Of a stretch of 64,000 nucleotides of DNA, positions 63,420 to 64,000 are shown one piece after another (position 1 is the first letter of the stretch; each line of letters starts with the position of its first letter). This stretch comes from Lama guanicoe. Taxonomy: Eukaryota. The notes beneath the pieces are model-generated. The model was not told where the DNA came from and did no database searches. It saw only the letters and a list, made by a program, of their open reading frames with translations. The DNA lies in assembly GCA_013239625.1 (NCBI GenBank), contig MU053487.1:3059058-3123057 (forward strand), in the 5' to 3' direction. The translations under genes and the position numbers were made by a program.

Positions 63420-64000
63420 AACAAAGGCTTATTAAGCAACTACTGTGCTCCAGGCACCACTCTAGACAAGAGATCCAGCAGTGAGCGAGGCCCTGCCCAC
63501 AAGGGGTTCACCTTGCAGCTGGGACGTGGACACCAAACAAGATCTAAATCAGTGAGGTCATCAGCGTTGGAAGGCACTAAGAGGAAAGTGGTGAGTACCT
63601 GGGGCTGCTCTGGCTAAGACAGTCAGGGAAGGCCCCTCTAGGGAGGTACCATTCGGTTTTGGTCCAGAATGTGGAAGAGGAACCATGGGAAGATCTAGGG
63701 GAGGTCTTCCAGGCAGAGAAAACAGCAAGTGCAAAGGTCCAGAGACTAGAATGAGGTTGGCGTCTTCAGGGACAAAAAGACTAATGTAGTGAGAACTGGG
63801 GAGTGTGGGAGATGCCGCCAGAGGGACAGGAAATTGGGGGTTCAATTCTAGGGAAGGTTTGAAGTGGGGAGTGGGGTGATCTGATTTATGGTTAAAAGAT
63901 CCCTCTGGCTACAGTGTAAGGATGGACATAGGGGCCTGAGAGACCAAGAGACACCAGGCAGGCTCATGCAGCCAACTAGTGTGAGAGGCTGCCTCCTGGC
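63420..64000 (-). mobile_element. L2 fragment
   Basis: tttattaagcaactactgtgctccaggcac...ccaggcagagaaaacagcaagtgcaaaggtcc...aaagatccctctggct. Confidence 0.75.

Noticed and set aside
1..64000. CRISPR array, prokaryotic operon or defence system
   Set aside because: No regularly spaced repeats or gene-dense structure; the sequence is clearly an intron-rich mammalian locus.

Overview
Mammalian genomic DNA, most likely camelid, inferred from ten tRNA-derived Vic-1-like SINE copies. The window holds most of the CTDSPL (SCP3/RBSP3) gene on the + strand: ~29 kb of intron 1, coding exons 2-8 (all GT-AG, 752 nt, intact frame, DLDET HAD catalytic motif) and a ~3.5 kb 3' UTR ending near AATAAA at 59761. 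Exon 1 lies upstream of the window. The miR-26a-1 hairpin sits in intron 5. The rest is typical intron and intergenic sequence with L1, L2, MIR, MLT1, hAT MER elements, SINEs and microsatellites. The last ~4 kb may contain the promoter of the next gene, which is VILL in human synteny. I found no convincing wholly new biological system. The best leads are a basal-stem variant in pri-miR-26a-1, a stop-containing alternative acceptor before exon 5, an in-frame intronic ATG before exon 2, a nested inverted SINE pair, a ~60 bp intronic duplication and a densely miRNA-targeted 3' UTR. Comparisons to human/mouse sequences and repeat consensi are from memory, not database searches, and repeat boundaries are approximate.
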